Shown one piece after another: positions 13,480-32,139 of a DNA stretch of 64,000 nt. Position 1 is the stretch's first letter, and every line of letters begins with the position of its first letter. The notes beneath the pieces were generated by a model. The model did no database searches. It saw only the letters and a program-made list of their open reading frames with translations, and was not told the DNA's origin. Source of the DNA: the human T2T-CHM13v2.0 reference genome, Homo sapiens; the NCBI RefSeq assembly GCF_009914755.1, contig NC_060930.1. One strand, written 5' to 3'. The position numbers were made by a program, and so were the translations under genes.

Positions 13480-14250
13480 TCTCATCATTTAGGGAATCAC
13501 ATTCAGTCTTACAGCATTAGATGCCATCCATGTGACATAACTCTCAAATTTATATCTCCACCTAGACTTCTCTCCTACACTCTATATCCAACTTGGATAT
13601 GCAACAGCCCACTTGACACCTCCATTTAGATGTTTATATAAATATCCAACATATCCAAAATGGAACCCTGTTCTCTCCCCACTTCTACTGCATCCTTTCC
13701 CCTATCCATTGATGGTAGCTCCATCCCTCTAATGGCTCAGGCCAAGAATCCTGGTGTTATCCTTTCTTCTCTCTTACATCCCCTTCCAACCTATTAGCAA
13801 ATCCTGTTAGCTCTAGCTACACAATATAGATCCGGACATGGACCACTTCTCTTACCTCTGCTGCCACCAACCTGATCTGAACCACTCTTACTCTTTGCCT
13901 GGATGACGGCATTAACTTCCCTGTTGGTCTCCTGTTCCTACCCTTGCCCTGTATTTACCACCCAAGAGCTAGAGTGCTCCTTTTATAGCATTAAGTCACA
14001 TATATCACCCCTCTATTGAAAACCTTTTAAGGCTCCCCTTTTTCCTCAGAGCAAAAGCCCAAAGCTTTATAAGGGCCCGCAAAACGCTCCACAATCTGGT
14101 CTCTGTCCCCTGACTTCATCTTCTTCTACTCTCTCTCGTGGCTCTGCTCCAGGCACTGGCCTCCTTGTTATCCCTTGAACACAACAGGCAAACTTCCACT
14201 TCAGGGCTTGTACTGGTTGTCCTCTGCCTAAAATATTCTTTCTCCAGATA
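13480..14250 (+). mobile_element. L2 LINE 3' fragment
   Basis: L2-typical motifs CTCTCAAATTTATATCTCCA..CCTAGACTTCTCTCC, CTTGACACCTCCATTTAGATGT, CAAATCCTGTTAGCTCT, CTCAGGGCTTG. Confidence 0.75.
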
Positions 14251-17087
14251 GGCTTTACAGAAACAAAACTCGATTTTAAAGGAACTGTAGGACAGCCCCT
14301 ACGTATGTTCTAATTCTAAAATACTCAGTATATTCAAAGGGAGATTTTTAATTTGTCCCAGAAAAATAAGACCCCAGAGACTGTATCTTGTGGCCACTAT
14401 CAAGGAATATAGACAGGTTTGGTTTTTGTGTGTGTGACATCAAAAAGTACAGATGCTGCTATAACAAGAGTGAGTTAATGAAAATGTCAATGCCAACAAA
14501 AACCTAAACCCAAGTGACTATGAAGGTTTCTAGGTAATCTTTTCCCTTCTTGGAGGCTAGAGAGAAAGCAATAGCTGGTGGGGGGAAGAGGTTTAATAGT
14601 AGAAAAGTCACATAATATTTGGTCAACAATTGCCTTGATCCTCATTTAAAACGTAGCTGTACATTACAGAAAGCCCACAGATGTCAGCCCAGCTAACAAA
14701 AATGTGTACTTGAACACTGCAATTGGGAAGCAATGCAGTGCAATGTTAAGAGAACACAGCATGCTTAGAAGTCAAAAATAACTGCTTTTGTTGGTATCCT
14801 GGTCTTATCACCCCGGTACATGACCTTGGGCAAATCACTGAACCAGTCTCAGTAACTGTAAAGGAGTGATAATAACAATACTTTTATCATGGTACTGTTT
14901 GTGGACTACATGAAGTAATGCATGTCAAGCACTGAGCCTATTGTCTCTGCGGAATAAAAACTGGAGGCTGGGAAGCAGGGAGGTGACTGGAGTTTTTTGT
15001 CATAAGCTTGGTAGAACTATTTGGTTCCTTAAACTACGTACACTGATAAATTTTAATAACAAAAATTAAATTTAAAAAAGTCCTCAGCACAGTGCCTGGC
15101 GCATAACTGCTCAATCAATGATAGTTTTACAGCTCTGATTAATGTTCTTTCATTGGCATGAGAATAGTGTGTTCTCACTACCTGTTCCTTGCCAGAGGGC
15201 CAAGTTACACCGATTTTCCATCTAGCTTCTCTTTGAACCATCTTTAAACCTTTCATGGAGAGGATCTGCATGTGAGAATGAAGACAACTCTAGGGTTTCA
15301 TGGCAGTGGGAAGGTTACACTGGTGCCCTCTTATGCCTCACATAAGCACTAGCCCAGTTGAGGACACCAACTACCTGCCTTCTGGTCAAACTGCCTGGGC
15401 AAATGTTGGTCCCAATTCCACAAAGTCACCCCAAACTCTTCCCTTATTATTATGTTAAACTTTTTGGCCATTTCAAAGTAGATAATAGATCCACAAGCCA
15501 TTACATCGCCAGGCCCATAGAACAAAAGATCTGCCTTTTCCAAACCTCCTCCAGTACCCCCCCCGCCCAACTACTGTTTCTAAACCCTCACCTGGATGGA
15601 GAGAAAAGAACTCTTCTATGCCTTAGTCAACATAGATAGCAGCAGGTGAGAAAAAGAGCTGATTTCTGATGTAACAGAAGCAGACTGACTCCTGCTAGCT
15701 CCAGATACAAAATGCTCTACAGGATGACTGTCAAGAGAGGAAAGGGGTGGGGGTGGGGGAAGAGAATAAGCACAAAAGCAAGCCAGCAAGCACGAGTGTG
15801 CGAGCAGATGGCACTTGGCAGGGATGGCTCTGGAGGAGCGGGATGAACCTCCCCACAAAGATAATAATAAGTTTCTCCTTCTGAACCAGCATTTGATGGA
15901 AGTAATAACAGTGGCTCAGACTGTAATCCAGTTTAAAGTGGGAATATATGGCATATACCAGCCTCGAACACTTTTTTTTTTAAAGAAAGAACAAACACAA
16001 TATAAGAGCCATATTTCAAGTAACAAAATAAGTGAATTTGGGGTCCTCTTCAGCTCCCAGTGTAAATCATTACTCCTTTAGTGAAAGAAAGCAAAGCAGG
16101 TAGCTGTCCTAAAGAACAGCCCCTCGATTCTGCCAGCCACACTCTTATTCCCAGCTGTCCTGAATCAGACCATTTGGGGTCTTATTGCTCTGTAAAGGCC
16201 TTCTTAGAAAACAGTGAAATTTTAAAAATTACTGGCATATAAGAAAAAGGCATACGTAACTTTAACAGGACTTTTTTTTCTCTTTCCACATCTCTGTGAA
16301 TTGTTTTTCATCAGTTTCGCACTGTCCAAACAGAAGCTACTCTGGCCCCCCAGAGATGAGTCAGAGTGCTAGAATTCACAGCAAGGTTAGCCTTGAGTCA
16401 ACGGAGTGAGCACCTATGCTACCCTAACTTGATCGTCAGATGCTCTTCAGCTAATCACATAAAAAGGGATCATTAAAACACTTTCTAGCCTTCACCAGTA
16501 CTTGATCTCACTGTTCACCTGGGACAGACAGTTCAGCCACAACTGAGCTGACAATGAGGCAAGCCAATTTCTAACAAAAGCAGGGAGCCAGATTTATGAA
16601 TCTTTGAGGCGAGTCAGCATATATTTACTTTTCTGACTCCTTCTGACAGCTCTCCCACAGGGAGAAGCCCCTTTGCGTTGTGGGATGCAGCTAGGGCAGG
16701 CGTTCCCCCCAGGGACGGAGCACTGAGTTCAGGGAGCTTACGATTCAAGAACAGCTGGGAAGGACTCCAGGGTGTCTGTTTCCTGGCACTGACAGATGTG
16801 CCATTCTGTTGACATATCCACCCAGCTCTCATAGTGCAGGTGCCTGAAGCAATCTATTACCTTCATCCTACCAACCTTAGCAAGTTAAACTGTAACTATG
16901 GAGGCAGCAGGAAACTACCTGCCTACTAAAACTGTGGTCATAGGCTTCCAGAGCATCACGTTCTTTCCCAGCCTTGATGGCAAGCAGAGATCTCTCTGGA
17001 CTTAATCAGATCTATTGCCAACTCAGTGATCCCTGACACTAGCACCTTAGGCACCCCTCCTCCCTAGCCAATAAAGATGGCAACTGA

Positions 17088-17497
17088 GCCGGGCACGGTG
17101 GCTCACATCTGTAATCCCAGCACTTTGGGAGGCCGAGGTGGGCAGACCACTTGAGGTCAGGAGTTCGAGACCAGCCTGGCCAACATGGTGAAACCCTATC
17201 TGTACTAAAAATACAAAAATTTACTCACGCCTGTAATCCCAGCACTTTGGGAGGCCGAGGCGGGCGGATCACGAGGTCAGGAGATCGAGACCATCCCGGC
17301 TAAAACGGTGAAACCCCGTCTCTACTAAAAAATGCAGAAAATTGGCCGGGCGTAGTGGCGGGCGCCTGTGGTCCCAGCTACCCGGGAGGCTGAGATAGAG
17401 GATTGCTTGAGCCCAGGAAGTCAAGGCTGCAGTGAGCTGTGATTGTGCCACTGCACTCCAGTCTGGGTGGCAGAGTGAGACTCTATCTCAAAAAAAC
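17088..17497 (+). mobile_element. Composite Alu: S-type left arm + AluYa5-like segment + J-type right arm
   Basis: Three monomer-length blocks carrying different diagnostic bases (see findings). Confidence 0.85.
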
Positions 17498-18692
17498 AAT
17501 ACATACACACAAACACAAAACCCAAAACACAAATTATATATTAGGACTGTATTGCTCTCTATTGAGCAAATTCATACTTCATTTTGACTGAACTGCTCTC
17601 TAATTGCTTTGTGCATGTTTCATTTCCCCTACTGTACTGCGGGCTCCTAGTGGGTAGGGATCCTTTTATTCCTCAAGTCTCCTAATGTACGATGTACACT
17701 GCTCTGAACAGTGCACAGATGTATGAATATTTACTGATGACTACTTCCTACACCCTATTCTAAGGAGCCCTAAGAGCTAGAGTGGAGCTGACTCAACTTT
17801 AGCCAGAAATGCCTTCAGGGAACCTGCTCGATGCTTCATATAAATTGCTTTCTAAGATTCTGCTTAGATTAAGAAAAAAAGGAGACCCCAATTTCTCTTT
17901 GGCATCTAAGTTTCACATTTTCAACGCATTATAGTCAACAGTCTATCTCTAATGGGAAGCTTTTCTCTACAGTTCTTGCAAATGCTACTTCTAAATGATC
18001 CTACAAAGTCCAGGAAAAAAATTAGATAACATATTAATACTAGTTCATCAACTCCAATAAATAAGTCAATAACCTCACCATAGTCCAGCCCTTCCAAAAG
18101 AAGCAACCCCTGGTAGGACCTTAATTAAAGCTGGCAGAAAATACCAGCCCACCATTCCCAACCGTCTGTGATGACTGTGTGCAACCATCACAGAGGTGGT
18201 TAAAAAGCATCAGTCCCTAAAGGAGAGGAAAACAATTAATGGGCTCTCAATTCAGGAAGACAAGTACAGTGCCCTGGCCAAGAACAGCAGCCCTCTCCTA
18301 AAACTGCAGCGATGGCCAAGCCAGAAAGCTCATAGGTGGGTGAGGCAGCTTCCATTAGAGAAAGCACAGGAGCAATTGGTTGTTTTGCCTTAATGTTCAT
18401 CTTCCCATTAAACCCAACAGACTGAAGTTCTCATTCTAACAAAGCATGCTTAGCCCAGGGCTGGCCCATTTACCACCCTGAACAGTCACAGACTCTGGAG
18501 GGTTAAATTCAAGAAAAAATACTAGAGAAATAGGAGCTTAGAAGAAAATATTTTATTTATTAGAGTGTTAAGATGTGAAACGTCTTTCCTCAAATACAGG
18601 CAATTTACTCTCTTGCCAATTTACTTCTATCCTATACAATTAACACTAATCCACAAAATCCTTTGTAATGAACATCTAATCAACCAATAAAT

Positions 18693-18822
18693 TAATCCTT
18701 CATTTATGCTATTACTACTGAAGTCTTTCCTACTAGACCATGTGAAAGAGGACTCTAATCCTTCATTTATGCTATTACTACTGAATGAAGTCTTTCCTAC
18801 TAGACCATGTGAAAGAGGACTC
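18693..18822. repeat. Tandem duplication, 63 bp + 67 bp
   Basis: The two copies are identical except for an extra TGAA in the second. Confidence 0.95.
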
Positions 18823-18880
18823 ACATCACCAGGTTTCTTAATTTGTCTCTTGATCTAGACCACATTTAAACTACTGGTCA

Positions 18881-19515
<635 letters not shown>

Positions 19516-20411
19516 ACTACTGGTCAGAAAAATATCATTCTTACAACATAGTCACTTGCCCCTCAAATAAACATAAACTTTATTTTTAAAATTTAAGGTG
19601 AACGCCAACATGAATTGAAGCCAGGACAGACCTAACAGTTTATGTGGTAATATGGGTAGGATGCTAGGCTTAATATGCAGCATTATTATTCAGAGAAGAA
19701 TACACAGGAATGCTTACAGGACTCCACCACTTGAACCACCTACAACAATGAACTCCCAGCATCAGGGCTTTATTCAACCAACCAAAACCAACAACCAGGC
19801 ACCATCATCACCTTAGCAAACTGTGGAAGACACTGTTTAATCAATTGGCATAGAAGAAAACAGATCAAGAAATCAAACACCTAGAAAAGTGCCTCACAAC
19901 AATCAGAATATTTAAAATCACAGTTAACTCAACAAACAACTCTCACTTATTCACCACATTTGAAAAGTCAAAATATCACTGGGGCCTCTCTGGGTCATGG
20001 ATAAGGAAGTCGATGGGCCATAAGGACTGAAAAGACATCAACAAGACATGCAAACAGGGTAAATAAAGCAAAGCCCAACAACAATATTTAGAATAAATAA
20101 TTGAGCAACATTGTTTCTTTTTTTAAAATACTAAAGGTAAAGAACTTCACTCTTTCAACACCCAAACCATAGCAGAGAGACAGGAGTAAATTATAAATGT
20201 GGATGAAGCAACATCCACAGGACATGAAGATGGGGCTGGGGAAACGGGAGAAGGGGTAAGCTTTTGCATTGTTGCTATTGGCAGGAGAGCTGAGTAGTCT
20301 TAAAGAACCTCCTCTGGGGAGCGGCAGTCTAGGATTCTAGGTTTGCCATGAAGGGGTATCACAAGTCCCAAGGCCCACCACCTACCCCTTCTCTTCTCCA
20401 AGGGCACCTAC

Positions 20412-20761
20412 CTTACTGTAAGTCACTACTGATAAGTTGTTTGCGTGACTGCTGGGAGACAGATTTACAGAGTTCTGTGACAGTCTATTCTGGTCTTGCT
20501 CAGTTTGGTCAGGAGCAGGAGCCCATGTGTCAGGAGCAGGAGCCCATGTGTTTTTGCTGATCGAGTCGAACTCGGAGCCCCCAGGGTCTTTTAAGTTGTT
20601 TTCATCTGATTGTCGGTTCTTTTGGGGAGAGGCAAAAGGGTTGAAGTTTCCTTCTACCTTACGATGCGGCTGTGTGTTGAACTCCGTTTCAAAAGATGAC
20701 AGCTGCTGCGTTACTCCTAAAAGTCCACCCACCTCCACACTGAGAATCACCCAGATGACAT
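20412..20761 (-). CDS. ILRUN: ILRUN coding exon 4 (350 nt, phase 1-0; DVIWVILSVEVGG...NLSVVTYSK)
   Basis: Part of ORF 20382..20849(-). Acceptor CCTTTTTGTTTCAG|AT (AG at 20762-20763); donor AAG|GTAGGT (GT at 20410-20411). The frame joins exon 3 (G+AT = Asp). Confidence 0.97.
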
Positions 20762-21205
20762 CTGAAACAAAAAGGTAACTCATTTCAATGCCAGGCTTAC
20801 CCTTAAAGGCCCAAGATAGCCACCACCAAAAACCCCAAACATTATCCAAACCACAGAATGAAACATTCTTCTATATGCTAGTTTTAAAAGCTTGCTAACA
20901 AAGCTGCCTGGTACATTTGCATTGCATGCATAGCTACATTTTTGGTAATGTCAAATTCAAATTCTAGTATAAATTCAGCAGAGGTCTGTGGTGAGATCCA
21001 TGAAACTCTATTTATAAAAAGCTTACCAGTTGATGCCAATGCACCGTCATCTTTGGAAATCATTATTCCAGAGAACGATCAATAGATAGAAATCAAAAGT
21101 TTCCTAGAATTGGTATCTCTTTGTGGTTTTTCACTTTATTTTACATGTATTTTACAATTATGAGAATTACAACTTTATCAATGCTCTTCCCTTTGGGGGC
21201 AATTT

Positions 21206-21318
21206 AGAATGACCATATGTTGTCCAAACTAGGACAAATGAGAGTGAAAGAGGGACCTATTAATAATTACGCCAGGACCAGCATTTATCTAGACAAAATG
21301 GAAGATACTATCACCCTG
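21206..21318. mobile_element. MER81-like hAT-Blackjack MITE
   Basis: TGACCATAT..GTCCAAAC..GAGAGTGAAAG..TATTAATAATTACGCC..TCACCCT resembles the MER81 consensus. Confidence 0.6.
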
Positions 21319-21419
21319 GCTATCTTCTCAATCTATTTGACCAAAAGACACCAAGAATTTGGCATGCCTCAGACTTTCTAAAATACCCAATTTAACACCT
21401 GCTTTGCTTTTCTGTCATA

Positions 21420-22574
<1,155 letters not shown>

Positions 22575-23031
22575 ATAGAGGGAAACTCTACCACCTATCC
22601 ACAATTAAACCATAAATGTATTTTTAAATAGATGTACCATAGGACATTTGGTCATAGTTCAGCTCTTGATTTGCTCAAGTGCCAAAGCTAAGGGTTCAAA
22701 TAAAAAAAGAAAGTAGCGGTTCCTGAACCTTTGATGTTCAGCACCTCACTCCAGAGAACAGTGACACGTACATTCCTGTTGGAAGGTTTTCAAAAAGCAA
22801 AATACAGAAAGGCCAAGAAGCTTTTAACTGTGTGAACCGTACTGAACACAAATACGAAGAACTGTCTAGGATCCTAAATAACTGTTGAAAGGTTGATAGA
22901 AAAAGGCAAATGCATTCCATCAGTTAGCTACCTAGAAATAGAGATAATATAATCCTAGAACAAACACTAAAAACAAGCAGTGAAGGAAACTAAGGAAAAC
23001 TCTCTCAGGCTGTGTTTATTCTAAATTTTTA

Positions 23032-23560
<529 letters not shown>

Positions 23561-23675
23561 CTAAGAGTCAGGCCCTAGTAAGTGGAGATGCAGTGACATC
23601 TGCTGTTCACTCCTGGAATTAGCAATTTCTTTCTCCTCTAAGAAGAGGAAATTAAAGCCACCAGCAGCAGCACTA

Positions 23676-23792
<117 letters not shown>

Positions 23793-23826
23793 TCACGAGG
23801 TCAGGAGATCGAGACCATCCTGGCTA

Positions 23827-24105
<279 letters not shown>

Positions 24106-24351
24106 TTAACACCACACATGTAGTGTGCCACTTCCCTTGAAAATCTGGGACAGTGCCAGGAATAGTGGGTCAGAGGACCTGTGTTCAAAGCTCAATCTCA
24201 TAAATCAATCCAATGAAGTGGGACAATCCAATAGCAGGCAGCCTGAGGGAGAATCATTCCATGCTCTCCTATCCTAGCTTTCTAACACAAGACAGCATTC
24301 CTTCACTCTACTATTTGTTTTTCCCAAACAGATAAGCCCTGTCTTACAATA

Positions 24352-24559
24352 CAGGCTGAGTATTCCTAATTTGAAAATCCAAAACTTTTTGACCACCAAT
24401 CTGACACTCAAAAGAAAATCTCATTGAATCATTTCAGATTTTGAATTTTTGGATTAGGGATGATGAACTGATATAATGCAAATATTCAAAAATCCAAAAA
24501 AATCTAAAATCTGAAACACTTCTGGTCTCAAGCATTTCAGATAAGGGATACTCAACCTG
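24352..24559. mobile_element. Tigger4 (Zombi/MER46)-type MITE
   Basis: Inverted ends CAGGCTGAGTATTCCTAATTTGAAAAT / ATTTCAGATAAGGGATACTCAACCTG with TA duplications. Confidence 0.85.
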
Positions 24560-24946
24560 TAGTTTTACTCCTCCTTGTCTACCACCCATCTGTTTTAAAA
24601 ATAAATTCTTTTGTAAGTACATGATAGATTTGGCACACAGCTACTAAGCTACAGGTCATATGCTTCATTCTTAGCTCAGGAAACTAAATGCTTATGAGAA
24701 AGCTATTCTGAAAGCTGTTATCCATAAATAAGACTAATAACCTACCACCACCCCTTTTCTCCCTTTAGAACTAAAGCATCTTTAGGCTGGGTGCAGTGGC
24801 TAGCACCTGTAATTCCAGCACTCTGGGTGGTTGAGGAACGAGGATCACTTGAGCCCAGGAGTTTGAGACCATTCTGGGCAACACAGTGAGACTTCTTTCC
24901 CCCTCCCCCTCCCCCTCTCCTTCCCTCTCCTTTCCTTTCTTTCTGA

Positions 24947-25108
<162 letters not shown>

Positions 25109-26788
25109 TAGTATGACTCACCAGAACTTATCATACTTAAGCCACCTCCCCATCTCTTTGCGTTGGCTATTGCTCAGCTCTGTACATAGATTCTACATAG
25201 TAGCTATAAAAGGAAAGTCATTTGAGAAGCCACTGATTTATAAACACCAACAATAAATATCAGTTCTGACCCTCCTAAGTTACTGCTGCAATGGGTCATC
25301 ATGAACAGCAAAATACAACTTCTACGTGGTACAATCTCAATCATCTTGTACCACTTCTAGACCTTATATTCCAGAATGCGTTCACCCCCTGCCTACTGTA
25401 TTACTTTAATCAAACAAATGAAAAAGTAAAGAAAAGGTAAAGATGGCCTAATAAGCTTGTTTCATAGACAATGACCATTCCCAATTCTTACCAGAATGCC
25501 TTGATTACTGAGATAAGAACTAGCTGCTAGCCAGATACTTTACCATCTGTTATAATAAAACCACAAGTGGAAGAGATCATCCAATGAAACTGCTTCGTTT
25601 TCTAGATTTAAAAAATCTGAAGTCTAGAGGTAAAAGTGATGAGCTCAAGGTCATAATTTAAGTTAAAGCAGACTGAGAACACCCAGCTTTTAGTATAGCT
25701 TTAAAAACTCACACCTAACAGGAACGTAGGAACCCAAATACCCAGGGAACTAAAGCTATGGTTAAGTCAGTCCCATTTCCCAAGCCATAGTATCTTTACC
25801 CACAGGTCTTTGGCACCTGTGATCTTTGGCACCAACAGGAAGAATGGACCACAAATGTCCCAGAGAAGTAGCCAAGGAGGTAGAATCATGTGCCATGAGA
25901 ACACAATGAGGACTTAGTAAGCAAATGGAGACCCTGATTCTAAAATGTCTGGCCTTAAGGAGATTTTCTTTTAAAGCACCTGAGGCCAGTCACAGCCACT
26001 CACATCTGTAATCCCAGCACTTTGGGAAGCCAATGTGAGCAGACTGCTTGAACTCAGGAGTTTGCGACCAGCCTATGGCAACACCAGCCTAGGCAACAAC
26101 GGTGAAACACTGTTTCCACAAAAAATACAAAAATTAGCCAGGCATGGTGGCACACGCTTGTAGACCCAGCTACTTGGGAGGCTGAGGTGGGAGGATAGCC
26201 TGAGCCTAGGAGGTCGAGGTTGTACCACTGTGCTTCAGCCTGGGCAACAGTGAGACCCTGTCTCAAAAAATAATAATAATAAAAATAAAAAGCACTGGAG
26301 ACAGAACATTAGAGCTAGAAAGTACTGTAAATGTTATCTCATTCAACTTGTCCCTTTACAGATGACAAAACCTCATTATTATAGTATAAACTTCCTTTTG
26401 TAGAAATACATCATAAATTACTAAAGAGAAAACATAGCTTTCCTATTTCTTAATCTTGGACGATAAGTATAAAAGAGGCCAGGTACAGCAGCTCATGCCT
26501 GTAATGCCAGCACTTTGGGAGGCCAAAGCAGGTGGATCACTTAAGGTCAGGAGTTCCAGATCAGCCTGGGCAACATGGTGAAACCCCATCCCTACTAAAA
26601 ATACAAAAATTTGGCTGGGTGCAGTGGCTCACGCCTGCAATCCCAGCATTTTGGGAGGCCAAGGCGGGTGGATCATGAGGTCAGGAGATCAAGACCATCC
26701 TGGCTAACACGGTGAAACCCCATCTCTACTAAAAATACAAAAAAATTAGCCGGGCATGGTGGTGGGCACCTGTAGTCCCAGCTACTCA

Positions 26789-26917
<129 letters not shown>

Positions 26918-27339
26918 TTACATGTGGTGGTGTGCACCTGTAGTCTCAGCTACCTAGCATGCTGAGGCATGAGAATCACTGGAACCTAAGAGGAGGTGGA
27001 GGTTGCAGTGAGCCGAGATCGCATCACTGCACTCTGGCCTGGGTGACAGAGTGAGACCCTGTCTCAAAAACAACAACAACAACAACAACAACAACAAAAA
27101 ACCAAAGCCAATCAAACAAATTTTTAAAATAAGTGTAAGAGAATAAAAGGAAAATGTTTAAGTTGGAGCTCACATCCATAATCTCAACGATTCATACTGA
27201 CATACAAAGACATCACAGATTATGGTCAGATAAAAAATGTCTGCATACATGTAAAAGCTAGCATCAGAGGTCAAATCACATCATAATCAGCATATACACA
27301 TCTACAATTTCTCCAGTAAAATAAAATAGTAAAAATCAG

Positions 27340-29100
<1,761 letters not shown>

Positions 29101-29133
29101 ACTAAAATACATTGGTACAGTATTAGAAAATCA

Positions 29134-29514
<381 letters not shown>

Positions 29515-30349
29515 CTAGCAAAAGAGAGTGTTTTGATATCAAGCGAGGGGTAGAACAAGGTTGTAGCAGGGCAAAAAGGGAACCATCATGCGCCCAAGTC
29601 CTTTAGAAGCCTCAAAAACACCGTTTTATCAGCTGAAGACAGAAGCCAGTCCTATCTGCAGGGAAACGCTCCCTTTCCCAGTAGAGCATTACAGATCAGT
29701 TAACAGTCTTCAAACTAGGGTTACATCAATGACTGTACAACCGAACCACCATCATCTTGATGTGGATGTTGGGCTGAGGCTGCTTGACTAATCCCAGAGT
29801 CTGCTTTTGACCAGCAGTTGTAAAGAGAAACCACTTAAGCCAAACAATAAACTGCTTCATCAATAGGCTTCCACTTGGTTCTGGGCTTCCCAAGGGGAAA
29901 GGTCAGGGGACTTGGGAAGGGACCACTTCAAAAATCTAACGTACATGGACACCTCCCAGTGGTTAAAGGTATAGCTGAGACTAAACTCTTGGATGCTTCT
30001 GATCTTTAGAGCAACCACCACTCCTTGTGCCTGGGAGTTGTGAGACATGAATGCCCTGGCATCAGGAGGCAAAGCCTGGTGAAGGTCAACAGGAAGATTA
30101 TGGTGGAGGCCACTTCCAGATTTGAAGGTTGTGGGTTCAAATCCTTTAGGAAGATCAACCCATCTTCAAAGCAGAACAGGAACTTCACACTTCCCCTAAG
30201 GATTAAGAAACAAAAGGGGTCTGGCTGCAGTCAGCTGCTGAGCTATAAGCTACAGGCTCATATTTCATCTCTATAGAAAAGCTGGGTGTGTACTGTCTAG
30301 CTTCAGTGAGAAAGGCTTGAAAGTGGACTGAAACATGCCCCAACAGTAG

Positions 30350-31180
<831 letters not shown>

Positions 31181-32139
31181 AAAAGTCAGTATTATGAGCA
31201 GGTCTTGACATCTTTGTGCGTGTCTCTTAGAACTGCTAAGGCAGCAGTGTGTGCATACCATTGTGAAAAGAAGGAACTTCCAGTTGTCCCGGTGCTGATC
31301 TGTCTAGTCTCAACTTCTAGTCTGCACTGCCACATAATTTACTCAGCACAGTAGCCACGCTCCCCTGACACATGTCTGGGCACTCAGATTCTTTCACCAC
31401 ATCTGTCAACATGCCACCTATGCCTCAGCACCTAAAGGGGAAAAGGCTAGAGATAGGCTCCAGTTCATCAGCTTCTCAGTGACCTCCTGATTTCCGAGGC
31501 TTAGACCCCACCAGCAGCAGAGTACCGCTGAAGGACAACCTCCACTGAAACTCCGCATCCCTACCCATTCTCACTCCCTACCACCTCTTACCTCAAATGT
31601 GCATTAGAAACTTGTTCCTTAGTATTTAGCATTATACCCAGGAATTTCCTTTTAAAATGCAAATGCCCCTCAAAAAACGTATTAAGCTACCTTAAATCTA
31701 ATCATCAGAGTAACAAATCAGATCAACCAATGGGCACAAGTTCACGCAGGAAAGAAGAGAAGCCTAAGAAAGGCACTGATAGGAGAACTGAAGAGGAAAC
31801 AACAAAGAAACTATTCCTATTTCACAATTTTTCCACATTATGCCCTATTTCAAAAATATGAGATTTTCCCTTAAACATGGGGAGGGAGCAGTACAGCAAT
31901 CATTTAATCACTTATTTCTCTCAAATCTTAGGAAACAAGGATCCTTGCTTCCCAAATCCAGGAAATCAGTGCCATGGAATTAAGAGTAAAAACCTGGCTG
32001 GGGCTGAGAAATGAAAATCTGTTCAGAATGAAAAAGGAAAAAGCAACTCTCCCATAATTGGACTGGGAGGACAGACACAGATAAAGACAAGTACAAAGTT
32101 AAGAGGAAATATTATTTCTCCCAAGGTCATGCAGCAGCA

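Noticed and set aside
20412-20761. Coding potential of a single-exon-4 circle (350 nt)
   Set aside because: The main frame has no Met, and the ATG at the junction gives only MSSG*.
30120-30146. tRNA B-box-like GGTTCAAATCC
   Set aside because: No A-box or cloverleaf can be built; probably chance or an ancient SINE remnant.
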